Of a stretch of 64,000 bases of DNA, positions 16,551 through 26,700 are shown in pieces. Origin of the DNA: Polyangia bacterium (GTDB taxonomy: Bacteria > Myxococcota_A > Polyangia > Polyangiales > JAUICN01); NCBI GenBank assembly GCA_030427835.1, contig JAUICN010000001.1:81929-145928 (forward strand). Direction: 5' to 3'. Every line of letters begins with the position of its first letter. Position 1 is the first letter of the stretch. The notes beneath the pieces were generated by a model. That model saw only the letters and a program-made list of their open reading frames with translations. It ran no database searches and was not told the origin of the DNA. Made by a program: the position numbers and the translations under genes.

Positions 16551-18623
16551 TCATCGCCTCAACCGCCGGGCGGCGGCACAGGAAAGCTCTGTGGTTACGG
16601 TGCCGGTGGTGGTTTGCACGATGCGAAACTCCACCCGCCGGTTCTTTTCCCAGGCCGCGGGGGTACTGGAACGTTCCACGGGGCAGAGCTCGCCGTAGCC
16701 CCTACTTTGTAGCCGGCTAGCAGATACGTTGCGCTCGATGAGGGAGTCGCGCACAGAATCTGCACGGGCCTGAGTAAGTTCTAGATTGTGCTGGGCGGCA
16801 CCCCGCTCGTCTGCATGCCCCTGGACTTCCACCACTAGAATGTGGGGATTTCCAATGAGCGTACCGGCCACCTCATCCAGAATTCTAAAACTCCGTTCCT
16901 GAATGACCGCACTGTTTGTTTCAAAATAGATCTTCTCCAAAATGCGAAGACGGTCGCCCTCCACAACGACCGACCCCTGATCGGGACAACCGTCTGCGTC
17001 GTCCTTTCCGTTGTAGGTCTCAGGGTCGTCCGGGCACTCGTCCTGGGCATCGGCGATTCGGTCACGGTCGTTATCCAGGTCCGGACAACCGTCCTCGTCC
17101 TTAAACCCGTCGCGATCCTCTGCACGGTTGGGGCAAAGATCGTCGCTGTCTGGAATGCCATCCTGATCGTTGTCGAGGTCGGGACAACCATCTTCGTCCT
17201 CAAAGCCATCACGATCTTCAGGATCGTCAGGACAACGATCGTTGACGTCCAGGATGCCGTCGCCATCGCGGTCCACTTCGACCCCTTCGGGGCAGCCGTC
17301 CTCGTCCTCGTCCCCGTCGTAGTCCTCTTCCACCATGGGGCAGCGGTCATCCCGATCCAGGATGCCGTCACCGTCGTTGTCGTCGTCAGGACACCCATCC
17401 CGATCTTCGAATCCATCCTTATCCTCCGCCTTCAGGGGGCACAGGTCCCGGCTATCGATGATTCCATCACCATCCGTATCGGTGTGGGGCGGCTCGTACA
17501 CGAAACCCAGTACGATGCGAGCATCCGGCTCCTGGAACCCCTGGGCGAGCCCAGCTCCCGCGCCAAGGGTAAGGTAGCTGCTGTCTTCCACGAATATTTT
17601 TAGGCCAAGGAGACCTTCTAGGCTGGTTGCCGCGGCATCTCCGCCCTGGTCCGCAAGCTGGGTGGCGTAGATCTCGGCACTTGCCTCCAGGGAATGCCCT
17701 AGTCGCGCCCCCAGGCCCAACTGGGCTGTCCACAGTGAACCGTAGGTGACCGCGGTGCCGGCCCGCACAAGTTGTGGATTTAGGGCCGTCTCGCCGGTGC
17801 CAAGGGCACCCTGGGGCTCTGTTCGGGATTGAACAGGGACGGTTGCGTTGTCCGCGCCCATCACCGCCCGGTATCCCACGTTGGCCACGGCACGTAGGCG
17901 GCGCAGGAACCGGTATTCCAACGCGAGGGTTGGCCATACTGCCCACCCGTCGCCCGCAAATGACGCCCCATCCGCAGTGGGGACCTCTAGCTGCACTAGC
18001 GCGGCTAAGCCGAACCCATAGTCTTCCGATCGGGGTCGTACCAAACGCAGTTTTGAGTGGAGCGTCACGTCGCCTAGCCCCTGGTAGTCAAGCCCATTGC
18101 CCAGGCCGTCGGGATCGTCGTTGTAGGCACCGGGAACTGTGATGTTGTCACCGGCGAGAACACGGATGGGCAACTGTAGGCCGACCATCCAACCTTCAAG
18201 CACACCGTAGTTGACAAGAAAGGTGCCGGTGAAGGAATAGTCCACAAGACGTTTGGTTCGAACGGCGTCTGCGCCGGAAACGGTTTGATCGTTTTCAAAA
18301 CCTTCCACATCCAGCAAACCGAAACCACCGTCCAAAATCAAACCAAAGCTCACGTTCCCCTGGCTCAATACCTCCGCACCGTTGGTGGAAAGCAACCCCT
18401 TGGAATCCATGGATGCTCGGAACAACCGGAGGTCCATTCCATTGCCATCACTCAGCTTCCCTGTGGCCCCTTGGGCAAGAACGTGGCTAGAAACGCCAGC
18501 CACGACGACAAACGCACACAGGCACTGCAAGAGTACGCGAGGCACAGAAATGGGGCCGCCGCTGCGCATCGGGTAGCGAAAGGTGAAGTGATGGGACGCG
18601 GGGTCGAGGTAAACAGGATTCAT
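16551..18623 (-). CDS. OmpA-family outer-membrane protein with thrombospondin type-3 (TSP3) calcium-binding repeats
   Basis: Signal peptide. N-terminal barrel-like region. About 167 aa of DxDxDGxxDxxDxCP repeats. C-terminal OmpA domain: IYFETNSAVI...VEVQGHADERGAAQHNLELTQARADSVRDSLI...NRRVEFRIV. Confidence 0.85.
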   Translation of the reverse strand: MNPVYLDPASHHFTFRYPMRSGGPISVPRVLLQCLCAFVVVAGVSSHVLAQGATGKLSDGNGMDLRLFRASMDSKGLLSTNGAEVLSQGNVSFGLILDGGFGLLDVEGFENDQTVSGADAVRTKRLVDYSFTGTFLVNYGVLEGWMVGLQLPIRVLAGDNITVPGAYNDDPDGLGNGLDYQGLGDVTLHSKLRLVRPRSEDYGFGLAALVQLEVPTADGASFAGDGWAVWPTLALEYRFLRRLRAVANVGYRAVMGADNATVPVQSRTEPQGALGTGETALNPQLVRAGTAVTYGSLWTAQLGLGARLGHSLEASAEIYATQLADQGGDAAATSLEGLLGLKIFVEDSSYLTLGAGAGLAQGFQEPDARIVLGFVYEPPHTDTDGDGIIDSRDLCPLKAEDKDGFEDRDGCPDDDNDGDGILDRDDRCPMVEEDYDGDEDEDGCPEGVEVDRDGDGILDVNDRCPDDPEDRDGFEDEDGCPDLDNDQDGIPDSDDLCPNRAEDRDGFKDEDGCPDLDNDRDRIADAQDECPDDPETYNGKDDADGCPDQGSVVVEGDRLRILEKIYFETNSAVIQERSFRILDEVAGTLIGNPHILVVEVQGHADERGAAQHNLELTQARADSVRDSLIERNVSASRLQSRGYGELCPVERSSTPAAWEKNRRVEFRIVQTTTGTVTTELSCAAARRLRR
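16980..17480 (-). repeat. coding tandem repeats (TSP3 repeats, Asp-rich)
   Basis: Repeated GAYGAYGAYGG...TGYCC units encode DRDGCPDDDNDGDGILDRDDRCP, DRDGDGILDVNDRCPDDPEDRDGFEDEDGCPDLDNDQDGIPDSDDLCP and similar. Confidence 0.85.
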
Positions 18624-18632
18624 GGGTATTTC

Positions 18633-20297
18633 CTAGGGAGCTGTACCGCCAAGGGTGCGCCGGTATTCCTCCACGTAGCGGTGTCGGGGGTAGAGTTCAA
18701 CAAATCTTTGCATGACGTCTTCTGCCTGGGCTCGGTTTTCCAGGGTCCGATGGGCCTCGATGATCGCGGCGAGGCGCGTTGGGGTCGGTGGCAACGGTGT
18801 AAAACGGTCCAGGATGCAACGGCTGTAGTTGGGGGCCTGGGCGCAGCCCATGAACAATTCCGCGTCCCGGTTTGGGTTGCCGTTAGCAGCACCGGCTTCG
18901 AGATTGGGGTCCTGCCGGTGGGCGAGACGAATGATAGCCTCAGCATCCTGAATGTCTTCCGGGGAAGCATTGGGAAGACTGAGCACCTTGCCTGCGTACC
19001 GCATCGCCATTCTAGGATCGTTGGCGAGGGATCGGCGACCACGGTAGAGGTACGTGGTGGCAGCCTTGGCACGGGCGGCCTGGACTTCCGATCGTTGCAA
19101 ATAGTGACTGTCGGAGGGAAGCTCATCGAAATGGGAAAGGGCAATCTCTAACTGCCCCCGGCGAAAGGCTTCTACCCCTTGCTCAAATAGGGTACGTTCC
19201 CTGCGGCCCGCTTCGGCGGCGGCCCGGCAGGCCCGCGCTTCTTCGCTACCCGGCGACAGTGCAAGGGCTGCGGTTCCGTGGGACGCGGCAGCGGCGTATC
19301 GACCCGAACCAAGGTTGTTCCAACAGTTTCGCAGGGCTTCGCGCAGGGACTGGGGAGTCTCCGCCACACCCTCCGTATTGAACGTAATCGGGGTGACTGT
19401 CCCGGGGGCACGGTTTCGGGAGGCCAGGATGACTCCGGTGGTTGCTACGGCAGCCACCGTGATGGCAAGTAGACCGTAGAGTGCAGGTCGGTGCCGTGCA
19501 CCCGCGTGGACCTCTGCTTGCACGGTTTGATCCGCATCGAAGGTGTAGCTCTCGTTGGCTCCCACAAAACGAAACCGCACCTGCCCGAGTTCGATCACGT
19601 CGCCTGAACGCAGGGGTGCAGATGCCCTTCGTTCTCCGTTGACTCGAATGCCGTTTGGGCCGCCCAGATCCACGACCCGGTGGTGATTGCCTTCCGACAC
19701 CACATCGGCGTGCTCGCGCGAGAGGGAAACATGGTTGACGTAACCGTCGTTGCTGCTGTCTCGCCCAATTCGAAGGCGCTGCTTGGAAAGGTAAAACTCG
19801 CGCCCGGGTTCAGGAGGGGTGAGCATGATCAATCGCGCGGGAAAGGTGGTTCCGTTCTGGATGTTTGAGGCATTTGGAAGATCCCCTGCCAAGGGGAGAG
19901 GCAGTGTCGGGTCGGTACCCGGATTGCCAGAGGAGCGTTGGGACCCCGTTTCATGGTCATCGAGGCTATCCGCGTACCTGTTCTGGATTTGTGATTCTCG
20001 TTGAAACTTAAGGTCGAGAACAAAATCCCCAATGCGTAAACGGTCCCCCGCCCGAAGTTCCGCGCTGTGTTCGATCGCACGCCCGTTGAGGTGAACCCCC
20101 GTAAAGGAACTATGATCCATCACACGCAGGACACCCGCCTCCCGAATCACCGTGGCGTGACGCCGGGATACGTTTCGCTCGTCCAAGCAGATACGGTTCT
20201 CGGGCGCCCGACCGATGGTCAAACGTTCCTCACGTACATCAAAAGTGCGGGTATTGCCCGTTTCGTCCCTCACCACGAAACGAAAAATTCCAGCCAC
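18633..20297 (-). CDS. double-FHA-domain protein with a TM helix and a C-terminal TPR-like region
   Basis: FHA 1: LTIGRAPENRICLDERNVSRRHATV...VHLNGRAI. FHA 2: LRIGRDSSNDGYVNHVSLSREHADV...GIRVNGERR. TM helix: LYGLLAITVAAVATTGVILA. TPR-like helices follow. Confidence 0.8.
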   Translation of the reverse strand: MAGIFRFVVRDETGNTRTFDVREERLTIGRAPENRICLDERNVSRRHATVIREAGVLRVMDHSSFTGVHLNGRAIEHSAELRAGDRLRIGDFVLDLKFQRESQIQNRYADSLDDHETGSQRSSGNPGTDPTLPLPLAGDLPNASNIQNGTTFPARLIMLTPPEPGREFYLSKQRLRIGRDSSNDGYVNHVSLSREHADVVSEGNHHRVVDLGGPNGIRVNGERRASAPLRSGDVIELGQVRFRFVGANESYTFDADQTVQAEVHAGARHRPALYGLLAITVAAVATTGVILASRNRAPGTVTPITFNTEGVAETPQSLREALRNCWNNLGSGRYAAAASHGTAALALSPGSEEARACRAAAEAGRRERTLFEQGVEAFRRGQLEIALSHFDELPSDSHYLQRSEVQAARAKAATTYLYRGRRSLANDPRMAMRYAGKVLSLPNASPEDIQDAEAIIRLAHRQDPNLEAGAANGNPNRDAELFMGCAQAPNYSRCILDRFTPLPPTPTRLAAIIEAHRTLENRAQAEDVMQRFVELYPRHRYVEEYRRTLGGTAP

Positions 20298-20428
20298 AGG
20301 TGCGCTCCTCAGCTGGATGCCGTCGTCGTGGCTCCAGCAGCTAGTGTTCCAGGAGCCGTGACCCTAGCAGGCGAAGGCAAAAATGTCCTCGCGGGGCACC
20401 GCTCAAATGCTAGTCCACCCCTTAACCA

Positions 20429-21382
20429 ATGGTTACGTCACCAGAAATCAGCCCTGTACCAGAACCCTCCACCACGGTGGGAATCATCGGAGGTAGCGGA
20501 CTTTACGGCATGGAAGGCTTGCAAGAAGGCCCAAAACACTCGATTGAAACCCCCTACGGGCTTCCTTCGGACAGAATTGTGGAGGGTACGTTGGGGGGAG
20601 TGCGATTGCTTTTCCTACCCCGGCACGGGGTAGGTCACCGAATTGCTCCCCATCAAGTGAACTACCGGGCCAACATTCACGCCCTCAAACAACTCGGTGC
20701 AGGGCAGATCCTCAGTGTTTCGGCGGTGGGCTCCCTGAAAGAGGACCTCCGACCGGGCGATGTCGTATTTGTGGATCAGTTCATCGACCGCACCCAGGGT
20801 AGGAATGCCACGTTTTTTGAACGCATCCCTTCCGAGAACTCCCCGTCTGGGGCAGAAGGCACTTTGGATCCCTGGGAGGCCCAGGGGTGCGCTGTCGCCC
20901 ACGCTTCCCTTGCGGACCCTGTGGATCCAGGGTTGCGAATCGCCGCACAGGATGCGGCCCAACGATTGGGGCTACGACACCACAGGGGAGGCACTTACGT
21001 GTGCATCCAGGGCCCCCAGTTTTCCACCCGGGCAGAATCCCACCTCTACCGTTCCTGGGGGGCGGACGTGATTGGGATGACCAACCTCACAGAGGCCAAG
21101 CTGGCACGGGAAGCACAACTTCCCTATGCGTCGGCTTGCTGGGTGACCGACTACGATTGCTGGCGAGAGGGGGAAGAGGCGGTCACCGTGGAAGCCGTGC
21201 TTTCCACCATGCGTGCCAATGGAAAACAGGCCCGGGCCTGGATCGCAGAGGTGATCAAGGCCCTTCCCGATCCAGCGACGAGCCCTGCGAGCACCGCCAT
21301 GAAACACGCGGTGGTCACCGATCTTACCCGGGTACCCGACACCGTTCGGAAACGGCTCGCGCTGCTGCTCGACTCGTTGTAG
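20429..21382 (+). CDS. mtnP: S-methyl-5'-thioadenosine phosphorylase
   Basis: VGIIGGSGLY...TPYGLPS...FLPRHGVGHRIAPHQVNYRANIHALKQLG...VSAVGSL...GDVVFVDQFIDRT...MTNLTEAKLAREA. Confidence 0.85.
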   Translation: MVTSPEISPVPEPSTTVGIIGGSGLYGMEGLQEGPKHSIETPYGLPSDRIVEGTLGGVRLLFLPRHGVGHRIAPHQVNYRANIHALKQLGAGQILSVSAVGSLKEDLRPGDVVFVDQFIDRTQGRNATFFERIPSENSPSGAEGTLDPWEAQGCAVAHASLADPVDPGLRIAAQDAAQRLGLRHHRGGTYVCIQGPQFSTRAESHLYRSWGADVIGMTNLTEAKLAREAQLPYASACWVTDYDCWREGEEAVTVEAVLSTMRANGKQARAWIAEVIKALPDPATSPASTAMKHAVVTDLTRVPDTVRKRLALLLDSL

Positions 21383-21394
21383 GTAAACCTGGAT

Positions 21395-22312
21395 ATGGCG
21401 ATTGAACCCGTTCTTGTTGTGGGCTCCGTGGGGCTCGATAAAATCCACGTTCCCGACGGCACGTTTGATTCCGTGGTGGGAGGTTCCGCCACGTTTGCCT
21501 CTGTGGCGGCGGGGCAGTTTGCCCCTGTTCGACTTGTTGGGATCGTGGGGCAGGATTTTCCGGACTCTGCCGTGCACACCCTACTGCAACGGGGGGTGGA
21601 CCTCACCGGCCTGGAGGTGGCTGCGGGCAAGACGTTCCATTGGGAGGGCCGCTACTCGGACGATCTGAGCTCACGGGAGTCGCTGGTAACGGATCTCAAT
21701 ACCTTTGCGGATTTTCACCCCCGGATCCCGGACAGGTTTACGGAAACCCCCTACGTGATGCTTGGAAATATTGCCCCGGAACTTCAGTTAGAGGTGTTGG
21801 ACCAGGTTCGTTCTCCCAAGCTTGTGGTGGCGGACACCATGAACTTTTGGATCGATATTGCCCTGGCCGATCTGAAACGGGTTCTGGCGCGAACCGATAT
21901 CCTTGTGTTGAACGAAGAGGAAGCCCGCATGCTTTCTGGGCAACACAACGTGGTGAAGGCTGCCAAGGATTTACAGGCCATGGGCCCCCAACGGGTGGTG
22001 GTAAAGCAGGGGGAGTACGGCGCACTGCTCTTCGATGGGGATGACGTGTTTAGCGCGCCCGCGCTGCCCCTGGGGGATGTGAAGGATCCAACGGGTGCGG
22101 GTGACAGTTTTGCGGGAGGCCTTATCGGATTTCTGGCCAGTCGGGATCGGATCGACCCCGAAGCACTGCGGCAGGCGGTGGTCTTTGGTTCCGTGATGGC
22201 AAGCTATTGCGTGGAAGCGGTGGGGCCGGAGCACCTGGCCCAGGTGAACGAAGCGATGGTTTCCGAGCGGTATGGCGCTTTCCGCAGCTTGGTGGATTTT
22301 CATCGCGACTGA
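21395..22312 (+). CDS. PfkB-family sugar/nucleoside kinase
   Basis: PfkB signature DPTGAGDSFAGGLIGFL. N-terminal VVGSVGLDKI. About 305 aa. Confidence 0.75.
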   Translation: MAIEPVLVVGSVGLDKIHVPDGTFDSVVGGSATFASVAAGQFAPVRLVGIVGQDFPDSAVHTLLQRGVDLTGLEVAAGKTFHWEGRYSDDLSSRESLVTDLNTFADFHPRIPDRFTETPYVMLGNIAPELQLEVLDQVRSPKLVVADTMNFWIDIALADLKRVLARTDILVLNEEEARMLSGQHNVVKAAKDLQAMGPQRVVVKQGEYGALLFDGDDVFSAPALPLGDVKDPTGAGDSFAGGLIGFLASRDRIDPEALRQAVVFGSVMASYCVEAVGPEHLAQVNEAMVSERYGAFRSLVDFHRD

Positions 22313-22502
22313 ACCCGACCGTTGGAAGATCTCTTTTTCAAACGAGTGTCCAGACTAAATACCAAGGGACACGCACCGCTTGTTTGGGATAACGCATTGC
22401 AGCGTGCACACTGGGATGGTGTGGTTCAGAACGGAATTGCCGTTTAGGGCATTGGACGAGACGACGTAACCATTGACTTGTTTTGTAGAAGGAGTGAACA
22501 AC

Positions 22503-23465
22503 ATGGAACTTAACTCAAACACGGGCGCCCTACGGGGTACGGTAGTTCGGGGTGCGCTGGTTCGGGGTGCGGTTGCGTTGTCACTGCTCGGTGGATCGTT
22601 TGCCTTGGCGGCCTGTAGCGGCGGCGGTGGCACAAATACCAACCCTGGCGGTGGCGGAGGTGGAGGCGAAGATCATTGCCCCATGGACGCGCCCAACTGG
22701 GACACCATGTCTGGCCCCTGTTGTGCCCTTCAATCCAATAGCGATCGGCAGGACGCTCCCGAATTCCGCATGGCGGCGCTTAAGCTCAGCACTCCCAGCA
22801 CGCTTGCCACTCAACTTATCGACAACCTTCTGAAGGATGTCACCGCAACCCAGTTGTTCAACTGGGCGATTCGTTTGGATATTGTGGGATCGGACGTCAC
22901 CATGACCACAGGTAACGGCATTCGAAACAGCTACGACGTGGGTGCCACCGACGACTCCATTCGTTTTGACGATAGCGGACGGTACGATATCGAGACCCTT
23001 TCGGGCACCATCAGCGGAGACACGGTCACGATGAACCCCATTGTCGGAACCTTTGTGGTGCCCATCGTAAGGTCCGATGGGGTGACCGAACAGTTTCAGC
23101 TTCCTCTACGGGATCTCCATGTGAAATCATTTGTGATGTCTGAGAATCGCACCTGTGTGGGTACCCAGGACGCGACGGACGGTTTTGACTATACCCAGGG
23201 TCAACTGGAAGCCTACTTCACCGTGGAAGACACGGATGCCAAGGAGATTACACTGGGTGCAATTTCCAAGACTCTGTGTGGCTTTGCGGCAGGAATCAGC
23301 GCAAGTCGCTGTGCGAATGCCGACAAGTCTACTTGGAGTGCAAAACCTGACGCCAAGTGCGGAACTTCCGGCTCCTGTGTGGCCTGCAACTATGCAGAGG
23401 ACAACACATGCGATGCATGGAAGGTGGTCGGGCAGTTTGGCCTGATGGGCGTGGAGATCGACTAG
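22503..23465 (+). CDS. lipoprotein, Cys-rich, unknown function
   Basis: AAGGAG lies 9 nt upstream of the ATG at 22503. Signal peptide with lipobox (SLLGGSFALAAC), followed by a Gly-rich linker (SGGGGTNTNPGGGGGGG). Multiple Cys pairs. Confidence 0.55.
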   Translation: MELNSNTGALRGTVVRGALVRGAVALSLLGGSFALAACSGGGGTNTNPGGGGGGGEDHCPMDAPNWDTMSGPCCALQSNSDRQDAPEFRMAALKLSTPSTLATQLIDNLLKDVTATQLFNWAIRLDIVGSDVTMTTGNGIRNSYDVGATDDSIRFDDSGRYDIETLSGTISGDTVTMNPIVGTFVVPIVRSDGVTEQFQLPLRDLHVKSFVMSENRTCVGTQDATDGFDYTQGQLEAYFTVEDTDAKEITLGAISKTLCGFAAGISASRCANADKSTWSAKPDAKCGTSGSCVACNYAEDNTCDAWKVVGQFGLMGVEID

Positions 23466-23767
23466 GGGATCCATCGGCTTGTTCCCGGGATTCACCCAAG
23501 TGTGCTGACGCGGTGCGTCCTGCAAAAACATGGAGGTTGGGAACCATCCCGACTAGAATCAACGCCATGATAACGATGCCCGCGTACAGGTAAAACCGGG
23601 CAAAACGAAACCAGAGCCGCACAGGAAAGTTGTTTGGAACAAAACCGCTTCTGTGCTCGTAAGATAGGTAAGCAACGGGTGCATCTTCGGATGACGCAGT
23701 GCTCCATCGAGGTGGACGTATGTATCAAAATCACTCAACTAACACGACCTGTGCACACATTCTGAAA

Positions 23768-26700
23768 ATGGGCTCACTCCTGGGTTCCGTGCTCCTTACA
23801 GGCCTTGGGATTTCGGTGGCGGGCTGCACGCCCACCGAGTCGTCAGATTCCTCCTCTTCAACCATTTCTTTTTCGGCAGAGGATTTCCCGAAGGAGGAGC
23901 GGGTCAGCCATGGTGTGCAACTGCGCATGGCATCCCACCTTTGGGATCGCCTGGAAGCGGACTACGACGAACTGCTACCAGGGATCCTAAAAAACCTTCA
24001 CGAAACGAATGTGTCGAAGAGTGCGCAAGCGGGCACACGACCCACTATCCTGAGAGTGACGGACAACTCGTTGGATATCCGAGTACCGCGCACGGCATTT
24101 ACCGACGGGGTTGTGCTTTGCACCAAAGGGTCCGATTCTTCCAAGGAGGGGTCCTGCTCCCTGCACGTGGGGATTCGTTCCTTTGAGGTCAACCCCGTGG
24201 GCAATCACCGCATCCAACTGATTCTTGAAACCGATATAGAGACTCGGGATCTCGATGGGGTTCCAACCTCCTGGAGCTTTCGCCAACCCGCTGCCAATTC
24301 CTGCAACCTTTCTGCTGACTCAGACGATGGCGACCACGAAGGCGTGGCTATTGAAATCGAGATCGACCTCAAGGAGGAGACCCATGCTGGATCTCGGCAG
24401 GGCCTGACCGCCATGCACATTGCCCACGTGGGCTTCGGCTCCGAGGCTGACAACAAGGACTTGGAAAATAAGGACATCAAGGTGGGCCCGTGGACCAAAC
24501 CTGGGTGCCTGATTGCGGGTTTGCTGAAGGGCAAGCTTCTCAATGTGCTTGAGAAAAACGCCACTTCCCTGGCGACCCCCTTTGCCTGTGAAACACCCAA
24601 CGACGCAGGGCAATGCCCCGATGGCACTTTTGCCGTATCGGACGGGGCCAAAGGTCCGATCTGCCGCTACGAAAACCGGGTGGACGCGGAATGTGTTCCC
24701 ACGGTGTTCCAATTTGGCGGCCAGGGCGATGTGGGAACGGCAGCCTATTCCAGTGCGTCTCCGTTTACGAATGCATGGGGCAAGTTTATGTTTGCGGCGA
24801 CGGGTGCAGCATCCACGAACCAGGGCGGCATCAGCCTTTCCATGGGCGGTGGATTTGTGAGTTCGGATTCTGATCTTTCGGAGAACCTTGGGCACCACGA
24901 ATGCGTGCCCGTGTTGCCAAAACCCGAACGACCGACGGTACCCCTGGCCAACGCATTCTTGAGCAATATGGACCCGACGGGGAACCCCACGTACCTTAGC
25001 CTTGGCCTGTCCGAATCCATGCTTAACTACGGGGCCTACCACCTGTTCGACAGTGGCTTCTTCTGCCTGGAGTTTGGTCCCGAGATGGCGGGACTCAGCA
25101 CGGATGCCATGAGCGCATCGGTGCCCTCCATGAAGACCATTGGGTTTCCCAAGAAATCCGTGCCCCTGTCTGTCGTACTTCGACCCCAGCGGCCCCCGGC
25201 GTTTGTGATTGGCACAGAGGAGGAGGACCCCACCTTGACCATCACGTTTCCTGCGCTTGAGCTGGATTTCTACGGCCTGGTATCCGAGGCGCAAGTTAAG
25301 ATCCTCACTTACCATGCGGATCTTTCTATCGGAGTGGACTTCGAGGTCTCGGAAGGAGTGCTGATGCCCATACTCAAGAGCGTTTCTGCCACCAAGGACC
25401 GCGTGGTTCACGTGGCATTGATCACAGATTCCACCATGAAGATTCTCACGGGGCTGCGTTCCCTCTTTGCCACTGTACCCACCATTGCTGGAGCGTTGAT
25501 TCCTCCGATTCCTCTTCCTGAGGTTTTTGGGCTGCGACCTGGACTGAGCGAAACCACACTCGTGATGGGTGTTGAGGAACAGGGCGAACGCTGGTTTGGT
25601 GTGTTTGCGAGCTTGGGCACTCCCCCTCCCCTTCCCGAACCCGATCCCTACGCCACCACGGAACCTGAGGACGCCATGATGGGCGGTTGCAACGTTTCAA
25701 GTACGTCACCCGGCGAAACCCTTGGATGGATGGCAGGAGTGTTTGTTCTTCTGGGTCTGGGACGGCGGCGCCGGTCGGAGCTACGTCGACTATCCAACCG
25801 AAAAACCATTTCGCGAGCATCCTTGATGTCGCTTCTTGCCGTTGTGCTCATCACCTCGGCATTTGGCTGTAAGAAGAGCAACCCTTCCACGGAGACCGCC
25901 AAGCAGCTCGACCCGGGCATTCTTGGTACTCACCTGGACGCCGTCCGTGCTCCCTCAGGCGAAATCGTGCTGAGCGGATATTCCCCCGGGGTACCACCCA
26001 TTCGCCGCTACGGTGATTTGGTCGTCGGTGTGGTCGAAGGGGATGAAACCCGATGGGAAATCGTCGACGGTGTTCCGAGCTCCAACGAGCCTGCCACACC
26101 TGGCTGGCGTGGTGGAAACGGTACCCCCGGAGACGACGTGGGCGAGTGGACCAGCATTGGCCGGCACGGGGATACGTATTACGTGAGTTACTATGACAGC
26201 ACGAATGGGGCGCTCAAGGTCGCGAAGGGCCACCCCCACCTCGGTAAGAGCCAGGGGCAGTGGAACATTCAGGTGGTGGATGAACAGGGGGACTCGGGCC
26301 GATACTCGAGCCTGGCCGTGACCGCGTCAGGTCTTCCACAGATCGCCTACCTTTCTGTGCTCCCTCCAGCGGACGGCGAGAAGCCAACGTCGGCTCTACG
26401 CGTAGCCAGTATGGATGAGGGCGGCGCCTGGAGCCGTGCCACGGTGGGAGAACACGAGATGAACTGCCATCCTGACTTTTGTGGGGAGGGGCAACGCTGC
26501 CTTGCCGCAGGAGAGTGCATTGTTCCTACCGATGATTGCGGGGATGCGACTGCCGATGCTCCTGAGCGAGTGGCTTGCTATGGCGGAGTATTTCGAGAGG
26601 CCGTACTCGACAGCGAGCCCAAGCTCGCGCCTGTGGCCTTTGGGGTGTACCCCAAACTGGTGGCCGCTGGGGCGGAGGACCTGGGCCTGGTGTTTCTGGA

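Noticed and set aside
16980-17480. The periodic Asp-codon DNA repeats considered as a non-coding satellite.
   Set aside because: They are in frame within the OmpA-family ORF and encode canonical thrombospondin type-3 DxDxDGxxDxxDxCP repeats.
23329-23622. A minus-strand 97-codon ORF whose N-terminus looks like a TM helix (MRLWFRFARFYLYAGIVIMALILVGMV).
   Set aside because: It would overlap the 3' end of the convergent lipoprotein gene by about 137 nt. The remainder is low-complexity Pro/Ser/Arg-rich, and there is no SD sequence. A short membrane peptide ending earlier cannot be excluded.
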